Shown here: positions 1 to 10,439 of the stretch, piece by piece
Layout of the letters: every line of letters begins with the position of its first letter
Position numbering within the stretch: the first letter of the stretch is position 1
Assembly (NCBI RefSeq): GCF_004010195.1
Contig: NW_025214291.1
Span: forward strand, 1 to 41,211
Length of the DNA: 41,211 bases
Direction of reading: 5' to 3'
Origin: Chiloscyllium plagiosum
Lineage: Eukaryota
Notes under the pieces: generated by a model
Told to the model about the DNA's origin: nothing
What the model saw: only the letters and a program-made list of their open reading frames with translations
The model's database searches: none
Position numbers and translations under genes: made by a program

Positions 1-211
1 CACCTAACACTAAGGGCAATTTAGCCTGGCCAATTCACCTGACCTGCACATTTTTGGACCGTGGGAGGAAACCGGAGCACCCGGAGGAAACCCACACAGA
101 CACGGGGAGAATGTGCAAACTCCACACAGACAGTTGCCTGAGGTGGGAACTGAACCCGGGTCTCTGGCGCTGTGAGGCAGCAGTGCTAACCACCGTGCCG
201 CCGTGCCACCC
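1..211 (-). mobile_element. HE1-type tRNA-derived shark SINE (3' part cut off by window edge)
   Basis: Reverse complement starts GGGTGGCACGGCGGCACGGTGGTTAGCACTGCTGCCTCACAGCGCCAGAGACCCGGGTTCAG (Pol III A/B-box head); near-identical to other copies in the window. Confidence 0.85.
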
Positions 212-660
212 TCTAATATTTATGAGCCTGCAGTGGTGGATGTCACAGATCTCAATGATTATCCGTTGCCATGGGGACCTATTGCAAGAGAGAGTGGGCA
301 ATGTTGTTATGGAGGATTGCGCAGGGCACAGGACTATTTTAACTAAGTTCCTGTTCATGTAAGCTCTGCCAAAGAGGTCAGACTTCAGAGGAGCACCTGA
401 CTGCTTCTGCTCAAACCTCACTAGCATTGAGATCTTCCAGTGATACCCTCCTTAGCGAATGATTGGCACTCCTCACACTGCGGTGGTTCAAGTTATCCCC
501 ATTGTAAAGGAATACTGTGCGGATGCAGCAGTTTTGACCATTAGTTGACCCACTCTCACTGGACTGTGTTGCAGAAGATTGCCAGACCTCACGAGGACGA
601 AGAACCATTTCTGGACTCTCATGCTTGTGTCTAATTGCTTTTGGTTGCATGAGTGTTCAT

Positions 661-866
661 GGAATCAAGGAATCCCTACAGTATGGAAACAGGCCCTTCA
701 GCCCAACAGGTCCACACCGACTCTCCGAAGAGTATCCCACCCAGACCCATTCCCCTACCCTACCCTCTACACTTCCCCTGACTAATACACCCATATCCCT
801 AAACACTATGGGCAATTTAGCATGGCCAAACTTTGGACTGTGGGAGGAAACCGGAGCACCCAGAGG
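661..866 (-). mobile_element. HE1-type SINE, 5'-truncated
   Basis: Matches the 3' half of the SINE copies at 20075-20374 and 40585-40895 (CCCTACAGTATGGAAACAGGCCCTTC...GGAAACCGGAGCACCC). Confidence 0.8.
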
Positions 867-1439
867 GATCCCACGCAAGAGGCTCATCACTTTTCATCAA
901 AGTACCATGAACCTGGGGTGTAGGGGAGAACGCTGGTCCCTAAGGCACCACTGGCTCATTGTGTGGGGTCAAAGGTTGAAGGGAAAGTAAAGAGTGCTAG
1001 CTAGCAGTGTAAGAACATACCAGAGCAGTCACCAGGAAAGTGAGCAGAAAGTTGCTCAATGCACTGATAGCTATCAGGGGTTAAGTACGAAGAGAACGGA
1101 AACCCAAAGGTTTATGAGGGCTGCTGGTTGACTGGCTAAGAGCTGAGAACAACATGAGTACGTTCAATGGTGAGTTGGACCTGGTGGCAAAGCAGCAAGC
1201 TCCAGAGTCCTGCCTTGTTCCTCCTGGCTGGTCATAGGGACTTCATCAATTGGATTCCTTCACCAAACAGGGCATCTGTTTGATGCAGGCATGCACCGCA
1301 GATCGAATATGATGATTAATAATCTTTACTTCAGCCTGAAAGAATCACAATGAAAATTAAACACTGCTGTTGCTTTGAATGTAAAATACAAGGCCTTGGA
1401 GGTGTGGCAGCAGCGTGCAGGTCTTGGGTGAGATGGATT

Positions 1440-1960
1440 ACAGAATGACAGTATACAGTTCTTACAACATACTTTCATTGCATACCTACAGAATCTTCAC
1501 ACTGGGTACAAACAGTACCTCCAAAATTCTCTCAATTTTCAAAAAGTACTTATAGAATACACCCAGTATAGTCGATTGCATCTACATTATACAGTCAGTA
1601 CTTGTAGCTTTCTTAGACAATGTGCGTACATTATGGGCAAAGTATTTCACAGTTCCTCCTGAAAACCTCCACAGTCTGCAGGATACTCCCACAGTATACA
1701 CATGCGTGCACCGAGTATTTGCAGTGTAATCCCACAGTATACACACAGATCACACTGTCTCCTTTCAAATTACAAGGCAGAATATAATCACAGTACACAG
1801 CCACGCAGAACATACAAACTACACCCCAGTACACCTGCAGAAAAAGGCCACAGTACACATAGTGCCTTCAGAATATTCCCTCAGCAAACACACAGCGTTA
1901 AACCTGTCCCAAGGATAGAGAATCCCGATAATACCCATGCAGTGTTGTACAGAGTATCTT
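1440..1960. repeat. Degenerate low-complexity repeat with recurring (C)ACAGTA(T/C)A motif
   Basis: CAGTATAC/CACAGTAC/CCACAGT motifs recur every ~30-45 bp. Confidence 0.45.
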
Positions 1961-3624
1961 CATTTCTTTTGCCTCATGTGAAATTGTACGTACTAACATT
2001 TTCATGAAATCTTTGAAAGTAAGAGCATATAAATTGGGTGCAACACTAAGACCAAGGCTGATTTTTGATCTCCACTCTATTTTCTTGCCTAATCAACATG
2101 TGCCTTATTTTCCTTACAGCCCAACAATATATCAACCTCAGCCTTAAATATACACAACAACGGGACACATTGAGATCTCTTGCAATTATTTCATGATATC
2201 TTCATGACTGAATTTACACTGAATGACCATTTAAACAAAAGTGAATTGGAGGAAAAGTTGACTGGAGGAAAATATTGATGATCAAATCAATTAGAAAATG
2301 TCCCTGAGTTTTGCATATTTCTGAAAGTGTTTAACACAAATCACCTTGTTATTTTTTGTCTGGACCACCATTGGGTAGTTCATCCTTTAAGAGCCGGGGA
2401 TAGTTGGCACTCCAACAGAATGCAAGGTATTCTGTGAATTTGTGTGCACTCATTGACCTCCATCAGAATCCTGTTCTAGAGATCACTGACATTACTCAGA
2501 TATGGTTCTGGGTACCCAGAATAGCACGTAGCAGATTAGAGCCCAGTGGTGATGAGTGTGAAAACTCATGTAACACAACCAAACACTGCCTTGATATATC
2601 ACCCATTTAGCACAAGGCTGATTGACTGCACATTTTTATTTTCTTTAATCTTACAAGTTGGCAGTCTGTGAAACAGCCAATTAAGGAGTAGTGTAGAATA
2701 TAGGAATGAGTGACCCAAAGTATCTAGGAGGAAATTCTTATTTGTGAGGGGTAATGGAGCCTTAGTTATGGCTTACTTTGGAGCCTGATCAAAGTCTTAG
2801 AGTCATAGAGCTGTACAGCATGGAAATAGACCTTTCAGTCCAACTGGTCCATGCTGACCAGATATCCTAAATTAATCTAGTCCTATTTGCCATCATTTGG
2901 CCCTAAATCCTTCCTATTCATATACTCATCCAGATGCCTTTTAAATGCTGTAATTGTATCAGCCTCCACCACATCCTCTGGCAGCTCATTCTATACACAT
3001 ACCACCCTTAGGTGAAAATGTTGCCCCTTAGGTCTCTTTTATATCTTTCCCCTCTCACCATAAACCTATGCCCTTTAGGTCTGGACTCCCCGACCCCAGG
3101 AAAAAGACCTTGCCTATTTATCCTATCCATGCCCCTCATAATTTTATAAACCTCTATAAGGTCACCCCTCAGCCTCCGACGCTCCAGGGAAAACAGCCCC
3201 AGCCTGTTCAGCCTCTCCCTGTAGCTCAAGCCCTCTAACCTTGGCAATATTCTTGTAAGTTTTTTTCTGAACCCTTTCAAGTTTCACAACATCTTCCCGA
3301 TAGGAAGGAGACCAGAATTGCACGCAATATTCCAAAGTGACCTAACCAATGTCCTGCACAGCCACAACGTGACCTCCCAACTCCTGTACTCAATACTCTG
3401 ACCAATAAAGGAAAGTAGAGTCAGTGCCTTCTTCACTAGCCTATCTACCTGTGACTCCACTTTCATGGAACTATGAACCTGCACTCCAAGGTCTCTTTGT
3501 TCAGCAACACTTACCATTAAGTGTTTAAATCTTGCCCTGATTTGCCTTCGTCTACATTTGTCTATTTGTCCATTTGTTTACATTAAACTCCACCTGCCTC
3601 TCCTCAGACTATTGGCCCATTTGT

Positions 3625-4110
3625 TGTATTATTTGTTCACAGGACGTGGGTGACACTGACTAGGCAACATTTATTGCCCATCCTTAATAGCCCAGAGGGC
3701 AGTTAAGAGTCAACCACATTGCTGAGAGTCTGGAGTCACATGTAGGCCAGACCAGGTGAGGATGGCAGTTTCCTTCCCTAAAGGACATAAGTGAACCAGA
3801 TGAGTTTTTCCAAAATCAGCAATGGATACATGGCCATCATTTGACACCTAATTCCAGTTTTTTTAAGAAATTGAATTCAAATCCCTTGATCTGCCATGGC
3901 AGGATTTGAACTCAGGTCCCCAAAACATTACCTTGGCCTCGAGATTAACAGGAGAAAGTGAGGTCTGCAGATGCTGGAGATCAAAGTTGAAACTTTATTG
4001 CTGGAACAGGCAGCATCCAGGGAACAGGAGATTCGACGTTTCGGGCACAGGCCCTTCTTCTCAAGATTAACAGTCCAGGAACAGTACCACTAGGCCATTG
4101 CCTCCACTGC
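3625..4110 (-). mobile_element. Second tRNA-derived SINE family (possibly SacSINE1/DeuSINE-like), itself interrupted at 3951-4060
   Basis: Reverse complement matches the + strand copy at 26501-26835 (GGAGGCAATGGCCTAGTGGTA...GAGTTCAAATCC...GGGCAATAAATG); family name from memory only. Confidence 0.7.
3951..4060 (-). mobile_element. Short Penelope-like terminal fragment with truncated hammerhead-like core
   Basis: Near-identical to 22205-22330; rc GAAGAAGGGCCTGTGCCCGAAACGTCGAAT; flanked by 14-bp direct repeat CTC(G/A)AGATTAACAG. Confidence 0.65.
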
Positions 4111-4789
4111 TCTGATTAAGGTCCTGTAGTACTCTGAGGTAATCTCCTTCGTTGCCCACTACAATTCCAATTTTGGTGTCGTCTGCAAAATTACTAACCA
4201 TACTTCTGAAGTTCACATCCAAATCATTTATATAAATGATGAAAAGCAGTGGATTCAGCACTGATCCTTATGGCACACTGCTGTTCACAGGCCTCCAGTC
4301 TAAAAAGCAACCCTTCACCACCATCCTCTACCTTTGAGCTAGTTCCATTGCCAAATGATTAGTTCTCCCTGTATTCCATCTCATCTAACCTTGCTAACTC
4401 GTGTACCATGTGGAACCTTATTGTACGCCTTATTGAAGTCCATGTAGATCACGTCCACCTCTCTCTCCCGTCATCAAACCTCTTTATTACTTCTTTAAAA
4501 AACGCAATCAAGGCGGGTAGGTATGATTTCCCATACAAATACACACACTGCAGAAACCAAACTGTATATCACTGATCAACAACAATCTCACAATTTTCAT
4601 TTTTCCTTGTCGACTCTTTCATTGTCATGCTCTTTGCTTGAAAACACCTCCCAGAGTTAATTTATATATCTTTATTCTTTTTGCTGCTAATTTATATTTC
4701 ACATTGATTCTTTGAGTGCTGTGCATTGCTTTGAAATTGTTCAGCATTCTTGTTTTAACCCATCCATTTGCTCATTTTTCTTTACTCAC

Positions 4790-5410
4790 TGTCACAAAGC
4801 TAGTCCCTCTTTTTTCTAAAGGCTGTTCCTTGGCTCAAGGGTACTCTGTCTTTGATTTTTTTCACAGGGGAAATAAACCAGACTGGGCTCTGATCAGTCT
4901 GGTTTGGTGCAGAGATGAAAAGGATTTTGAGAGGCCTTTTGTTTATATGTAAACAGATGAGACTTCAGGCCAAAGTGGTCATGTTTTAGAAGTGACCTGT
5001 ATAATGAAAAGGGAGTGGTCAGCTCTCTTGCTGAGCAGTTTAGGTCAGTCCTGAACTGTGTGGAAACTCTCTCTTTCTCTTTCAGCCCTTCAACTTCAAC
5101 CTGTAAGCATGTGTTCCATTTATACCGGGTTTTAAAGCGAGTTTGTTTATTGGGACTGTTGTGTATATTCGGAACAGCATACTTAAGTCTAGTTTGGATA
5201 GACTGAGTTCTCTGGGGTTCTTTATTCTATTCTTTGTGTTTAATTGTATAATTTTGTGGATGAATTTCTGTCTGTTTTAAAATCTAGTAGTCAACCTCAC
5301 TAACTTAATCTGGATAATTTTCGCTGTACACTTACCGAAACAAATTGCAAAGTTATGGTCTGGGGCTGCCTGCTTAAGAATGTTTGAGTCATCTGGCTGA
5401 GTCGAAAACA
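4790..5410 (+). mobile_element. Probable solo LTR
   Basis: ~620-bp non-coding block bounded by TGT...ACA, flanks TCAC/TCTC (imperfect 4-bp TSD); no internal coding sequence. Confidence 0.45.
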
Positions 5411-5599
5411 TCTCTCATAAGATTTGGGCATTACTGGCTGCTCAGAAATTACTGCCTGTCCCGAGTTACCCCAGAGGTGGTGATGGTGAGTTGCCTTCTT
5501 GTCTATGTACTGCCGTCCGTTTTCATTCCTGTTTTCCCTTATAGCAGCTGATACAACTGAGTGTAAAATGTTGGTAATGAAAAGAGACAGTCTACATTA

Positions 5600-5930
5600 T
5601 AGACAATAGGTGCAGGAGTAGGCCATTCAGCCCTTCAAGCCTGCACTGCCATTCAATATAATCATGGCTGATCATCCTTAATCAGTATCCTGTTCCTGCC
5701 TTATCTCCATAACCCTTGATTCCACTATCCTTGAGAGCTCTATCCAACTCTTTCTTAAATGAATCCAGAGACTGGGCCTCCACTGCCCTCTGGGGCAGAG
5801 CATCCCACACAGCCACCACTCTCTGGGTGAACAAGTTTCTCCTCATCTCTGTCCTAAATGATCCAATAGCCAGAATGTCTTTCCTCAAATTTGGAGACCA
5901 GAACTGCACACAGCACTCCAGGTGTGGTAA
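5600..5930 (-). mobile_element. CR1 LINE 3' end, internally deleted
   Basis: ORF 5682-5984: PHLECCVQFWSPNLRKD...FRTEMRRNLFTQRVVAVWDALPQRAVEAQSLDSFKKELD. Confidence 0.85.
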
Positions 5931-6169
5931 GTGTATTTGGCATTTGGAATGCATTGACTGACACTGTAGCGAAAGCAGGTTCAATTAAAGCATTCGATAA
6001 GGAATTGGATTATTATCCAAAAGCAAAGCACGTGCAAGGTCACGGGGAGAAGATCATGGGGGGGTCACCTGATAAAGTCCTCTTTTGACAACACAGTGGA
6101 TCAAATGCTTCCTCCAGCACTGAAACAATTTGTTGATTCTGCGAAATGAATCGAAGCTGCTTGCATTGA

Positions 6170-6520
6170 CATGGCACCCATAATGTGGTAGGGTGCCCTA
6201 AGGTGCGTCACAGGAGCTATTACCATATAAACGTTTACACTCAATCACCTGATACAGCATTAGGGCAGGTGACTAGAAGCCTGGTCAAAGAAAAGGGTTC
6301 TAAGAAGCAGACTGAGGGAAAGAGGCGAGGTGGAGAGGTGTAGAAGTATACAGAGGGAGTTTCAGAGTTTAAGTGCCAGACAGCTGAAAGTGCAGTCGCC
6401 AGTAGTGGGTCATTTAAATCAGGAGTTGCCAGAGGAAAGCAGAGATCTTAGAGGGTTGTGAGGCTAGAGGAGATAACAGAGATGTGGTGGCCAAGGGCAT
6501 GGAAGGATCCAAACATGCCT
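6170..6520 (-). mobile_element. Degraded L2-like LINE 3' region
   Basis: Sequence pattern (AAGCCTGGTCAAAGA...GAGGTGGAGAGG...GAGGGAGTTTCAGAGTTTA) resembles elasmobranch L2 3' ends as I recall them; no ORF support. Confidence 0.4.
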
Positions 6521-6526
6521 TTTTAA

Positions 6527-6766
<240 letters not shown>

Positions 6767-6803
6767 TAATCAGGAGCAGCTCAATGTCTGACCACAGTCC
6801 TGA

Positions 6804-6980
<177 letters not shown>

Positions 6981-7259
6981 TGAAGTCCAATTGACTTTTC
7001 AAAATTCTTCCATCATTCGCTAAGGTCGAAACAGACCTTTTACATGAACTCTCCCATCTTCACATTCCCCAATTCCTTCAGTTCCCCACCATCAATTAAT
7101 TTCTCTCTTGAATATACTCAATAACTGAAAATCCGTGCCTCTGGGATACTGATTTTTAAAGAATCACTTCCCATTGAGAGAAGACATCTTTCCTCAATCT
7201 TCTTCTTGCCCCTCCCATTTCTACAACTCTATTACCTAACACTTCACTTTCAATTACTC

Positions 7260-7830
7260 CAATCTCTCAGCATGCTATATTTCCACCTTCCGACCCCAGG
7301 TACTTGAAACTAATCACTTTCTTCAAGTCTTCAACCATAATCTCTACGCTGCCATTTTGATCCTCAAACTGACAGTCCAGAATCTGTGTCTCCAATCCAC
7401 TGATTTTCTGCAGTGTTTTTCTCCAGTTCTCCAGACACTCAATCACATTCTTGTCATCCCCTCTGTATGGTTCAATGTCATCTGCATTTGCCATTGATCC
7501 TGGGACTTCTCATTTCACTTCCTTAGTTAGAATATCCAAATAATCAAGATGGAATAGGACCTCAATGCCAGTCTTTGATGTGATCTAATTCTGACTTTAA
7601 ATCTTTCATTCTTCCTCCTCACTGCTTCTTATTCTTGTCTGGTACTCCTTGTACATGAACTATAATAGTCTTATGTACCTCTCGGAGGAGAATTCACAAA
7701 TTCTAGCCCATCTCCAGGCTTCTTCCCTAGGCACCCAGTCATAAACCTTCTCTAGATCAATAAATGCAACCTTCATGTTGCATTGACCTTCCCAAAGTTT
7801 CTCCATCACCTGACTCAATGCTTGACTAGT
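7260..7830 (-). mobile_element. Degraded RTE-clade LINE RT fragment
   Basis: Minus strand ALSQVMEKLWEGQCNMKVAFIDLEKVYDWVPREE and ANADDI...LENWRKTL...KKVISFKYLGS resemble RTE/Rex3 RT motifs. Confidence 0.7.
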
Positions 7831-7893
7831 GTGAATCACCTCAGCTTACCTTCAGGTCTACTTAAGAGAGGATCTGTCAAAAGTGCATGATCA

Positions 7894-8508
7894 TCTTTTG
7901 CAAGGTTTGTGAAGGTTTGTAGCTCAGGTTGAGGTTTAGGGTGTAGGTTTGCTCACTGAGCTGTAGGTTTGATATCCAGACGTTTCATTACCTGGCTCGG
8001 TAACATCATCAGTGGCAACCTCCAAGTGAAGCGAAGCTGTTGTCTCCTGCTTTCTATTTATATCTTTCTCCTGGATGGGGTTCCTGGGGTTTGTGGTGAT
8101 GTCATTTCCTGTTCGTTTTCTGAGGGGTTAATAGATGGCATCTAGATCTATGTGCTTGTTTATGGCGTTGTGGTTGGAGTGCCAGGCCTCTAGGAATTCT
8201 CTGGCATGTCTTTGCTTAGCCTGTCCCAGCATAGATGTGTTGTCCCAGTCAAAATGGTGGTTTTTTTCATCCGTGTGAAGGGCTACGAGGGACAGAGGGT
8301 CGTGTCTTTTTGTGGCTAGCTGGTGTTCGTGTATCCTGGTGGCTAACTTTCTTCCTGTTTGTTCCACGTAGTGTTTGTGGCAGTCCTTACATGGAATTTT
8401 GTAGATGACGTTGGTTTTGTCCATGGGTTGTACTGGGTCTTTTAAGTTTGTTAGTTTATGTTTGAGAGTGTTGGTGGGTTTGTGTGCTACTAGGATTCCG
8501 AGGGGTCT
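7894..8508 (-). mobile_element. Penelope-like element: inverted 3' segment (GIY-YIG endonuclease end plus pseudo-LTR)
   Basis: ORF 8128-8424 NVIYKIPCKDCHKHYVEQTGRKLATRIHEH...AREFLEAWHS (GIY-YIG); reverse complement of 10112-10410. Confidence 0.9.
7971..8020 (-). ncRNA. Minimal type I hammerhead ribozyme motif in Penelope pLTR
   Basis: rc GGTTGCCA-CTGATGA-TGTTACC-GAGCCA-GGTAAT-GAAAC-GTC-TGGATATC: core CUGAUGA/GAAA, stem II, GUC site, stem I CCA/UGG. Confidence 0.7.
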
Positions 8509-8509
8509 T

Positions 8510-10411
8510 TATCTGTGTTTCGAAATATCGGGACCTGAAGAGAAAACTTGACAAACTCACAAACAAAGACAAAACCGATAACACAGGGGCATGGATAAAG
8601 AACTTATCAGACCGGACCCTATCAGACACAGAAGAAGCGGTACTAGTAAAAGGGTTAAATTTCAATTCAAGACGCTGACAAGCAGGATTTCCTAGCGGCA
8701 TTAGAAACCACATTGAAGGACAACAATCTCACAGACAGACAGACAGACAGACAGTTGCACCTACTCTGAGCCGAAAGAGGGAAGGAAACAAACTGAACAC
8801 ACAAGGAAAGAAAGCCGTAGAAAACCTCAAAAAAGACAAAACATTGTTATATTACCTGCAGACAAAGGTCGGCTCACAGTCATCCTGAACAGAAGGGACT
8901 ACATCGAGAAAGACAATGCACTACTCGCAGACACCAACATCTACCAAAAGGTGGCGCTAGACCCAACCCCACAACTAGGAAACAAAATGACATATCTCCG
9001 AAGAAAATTACACAATTCCGGACAATTAAACAAGACGGAATTCCAGAAAATGAAACCCGAGGGGACCAACACCCCACGATTCTATGGATTACCCAAAATC
9101 CATAAACCCGGAGCCTCCCTCAGACCTATCGTCTCACTACCCGGAACACCAACTTATAGACTGGCCAAAGAACTACACGCAAGACTGAAGTACCTAGTAG
9201 AAGAGTCACAGCACTCCATCCACTCCACCCAGGAATTCCTAAAAATCATCAAAAACACCAAAATAAAGGAAGACGAAACAATGATCTCATTCGACGTAAC
9301 AGCACTGTTCACCTCCATCAACATCGACCTNNNNNNNNNNNNNNNNNNNNNNNNNNNNNNNNNNNNNNNNNNNNNNNNNNNNNNNNNNNNNNNNNNNNNN
9401 NNNNNNNNNNNNNNNNNNNNNNNNNNNNNNNNNNNNNNNNNNNNNNNNNNNNNNNNNNNNNNNNNNNNNNNNNNNNNNNNNNNNNNNNNNNNNNNNNNNN
9501 NNNNNNNNNNNNNNNNNNNNNNNNNNNNNNNNNNNNNNNNNNNNNNNNNNNNNNNNNNNNNNNNNNNNNNNNNNNNNNNNNNNNNNNNNNNNNNNNNNNN
9601 NNNNNNNNNNNNNNNNNNNNNNNNNNNNNNNNNNNNNNNNNNNNNNNNNNNNNNNNNNNNNNNNNNNNNNNNNNNNNNNNNNNNNNNNNNNNNNNNNNNN
9701 NNNNNNNNNNNNNNNNNNNNNNNNNNNNNNNNNNNNNNNNNNNNNNNNNNNNNNNNNNNNNNNNNNNNNNNNNNNNNNNNNNNNNNNNNNNNNNNNNNNN
9801 NNNNNNNNNNNNNNNNNNNNNNNNNNNNNNNNNNNNNNNNNNNNNNNNNNNNNNNNNNNNNNNNNNNNNNNNNNNNNNNNNNNNNNNNNNNNNNNNNNNN
9901 NNNNNNNNNNNNNNNNNNNNNNNNNNNNNNNNNNNNNNNNNNNNNNNNNNNNNNNNNNNNNNNNNNNNNNNNNNNNNNNNNNNNNNNNNNNNNNNNNNNN
10001 NNNNNNNNNNNNNNNNNNNNNNNNNNNNNNNNNNNNNNNNNNNNNNNNNNNNNNNNNNNNNNNNNNNNNNNNNNNNNNNNNNNNNNNNNNNNNNNNNNNN
10101 NNNNNNNNNNNCACATCTATCCTGGGACAGGCTAAGCAAAGACATGCCAGAGAATTCCTAGAGGCCTGGCACTCCAACCACAACGCCATAAACAAACACA
10201 TAGATCTAGATGCCATCTATCAACCCCTCAGAAAATGAACAGGAAATGACATCAGCACAAACCCCAGGATCCCCATCCAGGACAAACATATAAATAGAAA
10301 GCAGGAGACAACAGCTTCGCTTCACTTGGAGGTAGCCAATGATGATGTTACCGAGCCAGGTAATGAAACGTCTGGATATCAAACCTACAGCTCAGCGAGC
10401 AAACCTACAGC
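8510..10411 (+). mobile_element. Penelope-like element body (RT-GIY-YIG ORF with frameshifts, spans N gap) plus 3' pLTR
   Basis: WIKNLSDRTLSDTEEAVLVKGLNFN; PRFYGLPKIHKPGASLRPIVSLPGTPTYRLAKEL...MISFDVTALFTSI; 3' part after gap AREFLEAWHS. Confidence 0.92.
9331..10111. other. Assembly gap (781 N) inside the Penelope element
   Basis: N run. Confidence 1.
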
Positions 10412-10439
10412 GCATGATCAATAAGTTTTGCATGATCAA

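Larger units (their letters stand above)
2797..4530 (-). mobile_element. CR1-clade LINE (HER1-like) 3' fragment with RT and 3' end, interrupted by a SINE at ~3625-4110
   Basis: ORFs 4067-4261 (PLLFIIYINDLD...FADDTK), 3284-3517 (EQRDLGVQVH) and 3008-3280 (SYRERLNRLGLFSLERRRLRGDLIEVYKI); tail CTCTATGACTCT. Confidence 0.9.

Noticed and set aside
54..362. Recurrent DCGRKPEHPEETHADTGR-type ORFs
   Set aside because: Translations of HE1 SINE copies, not genes
9154..10216. Long ORFs of 275-394 aa
   Set aside because: Length is an artefact of translating through the N gap; the real parts belong to the Penelope ORF
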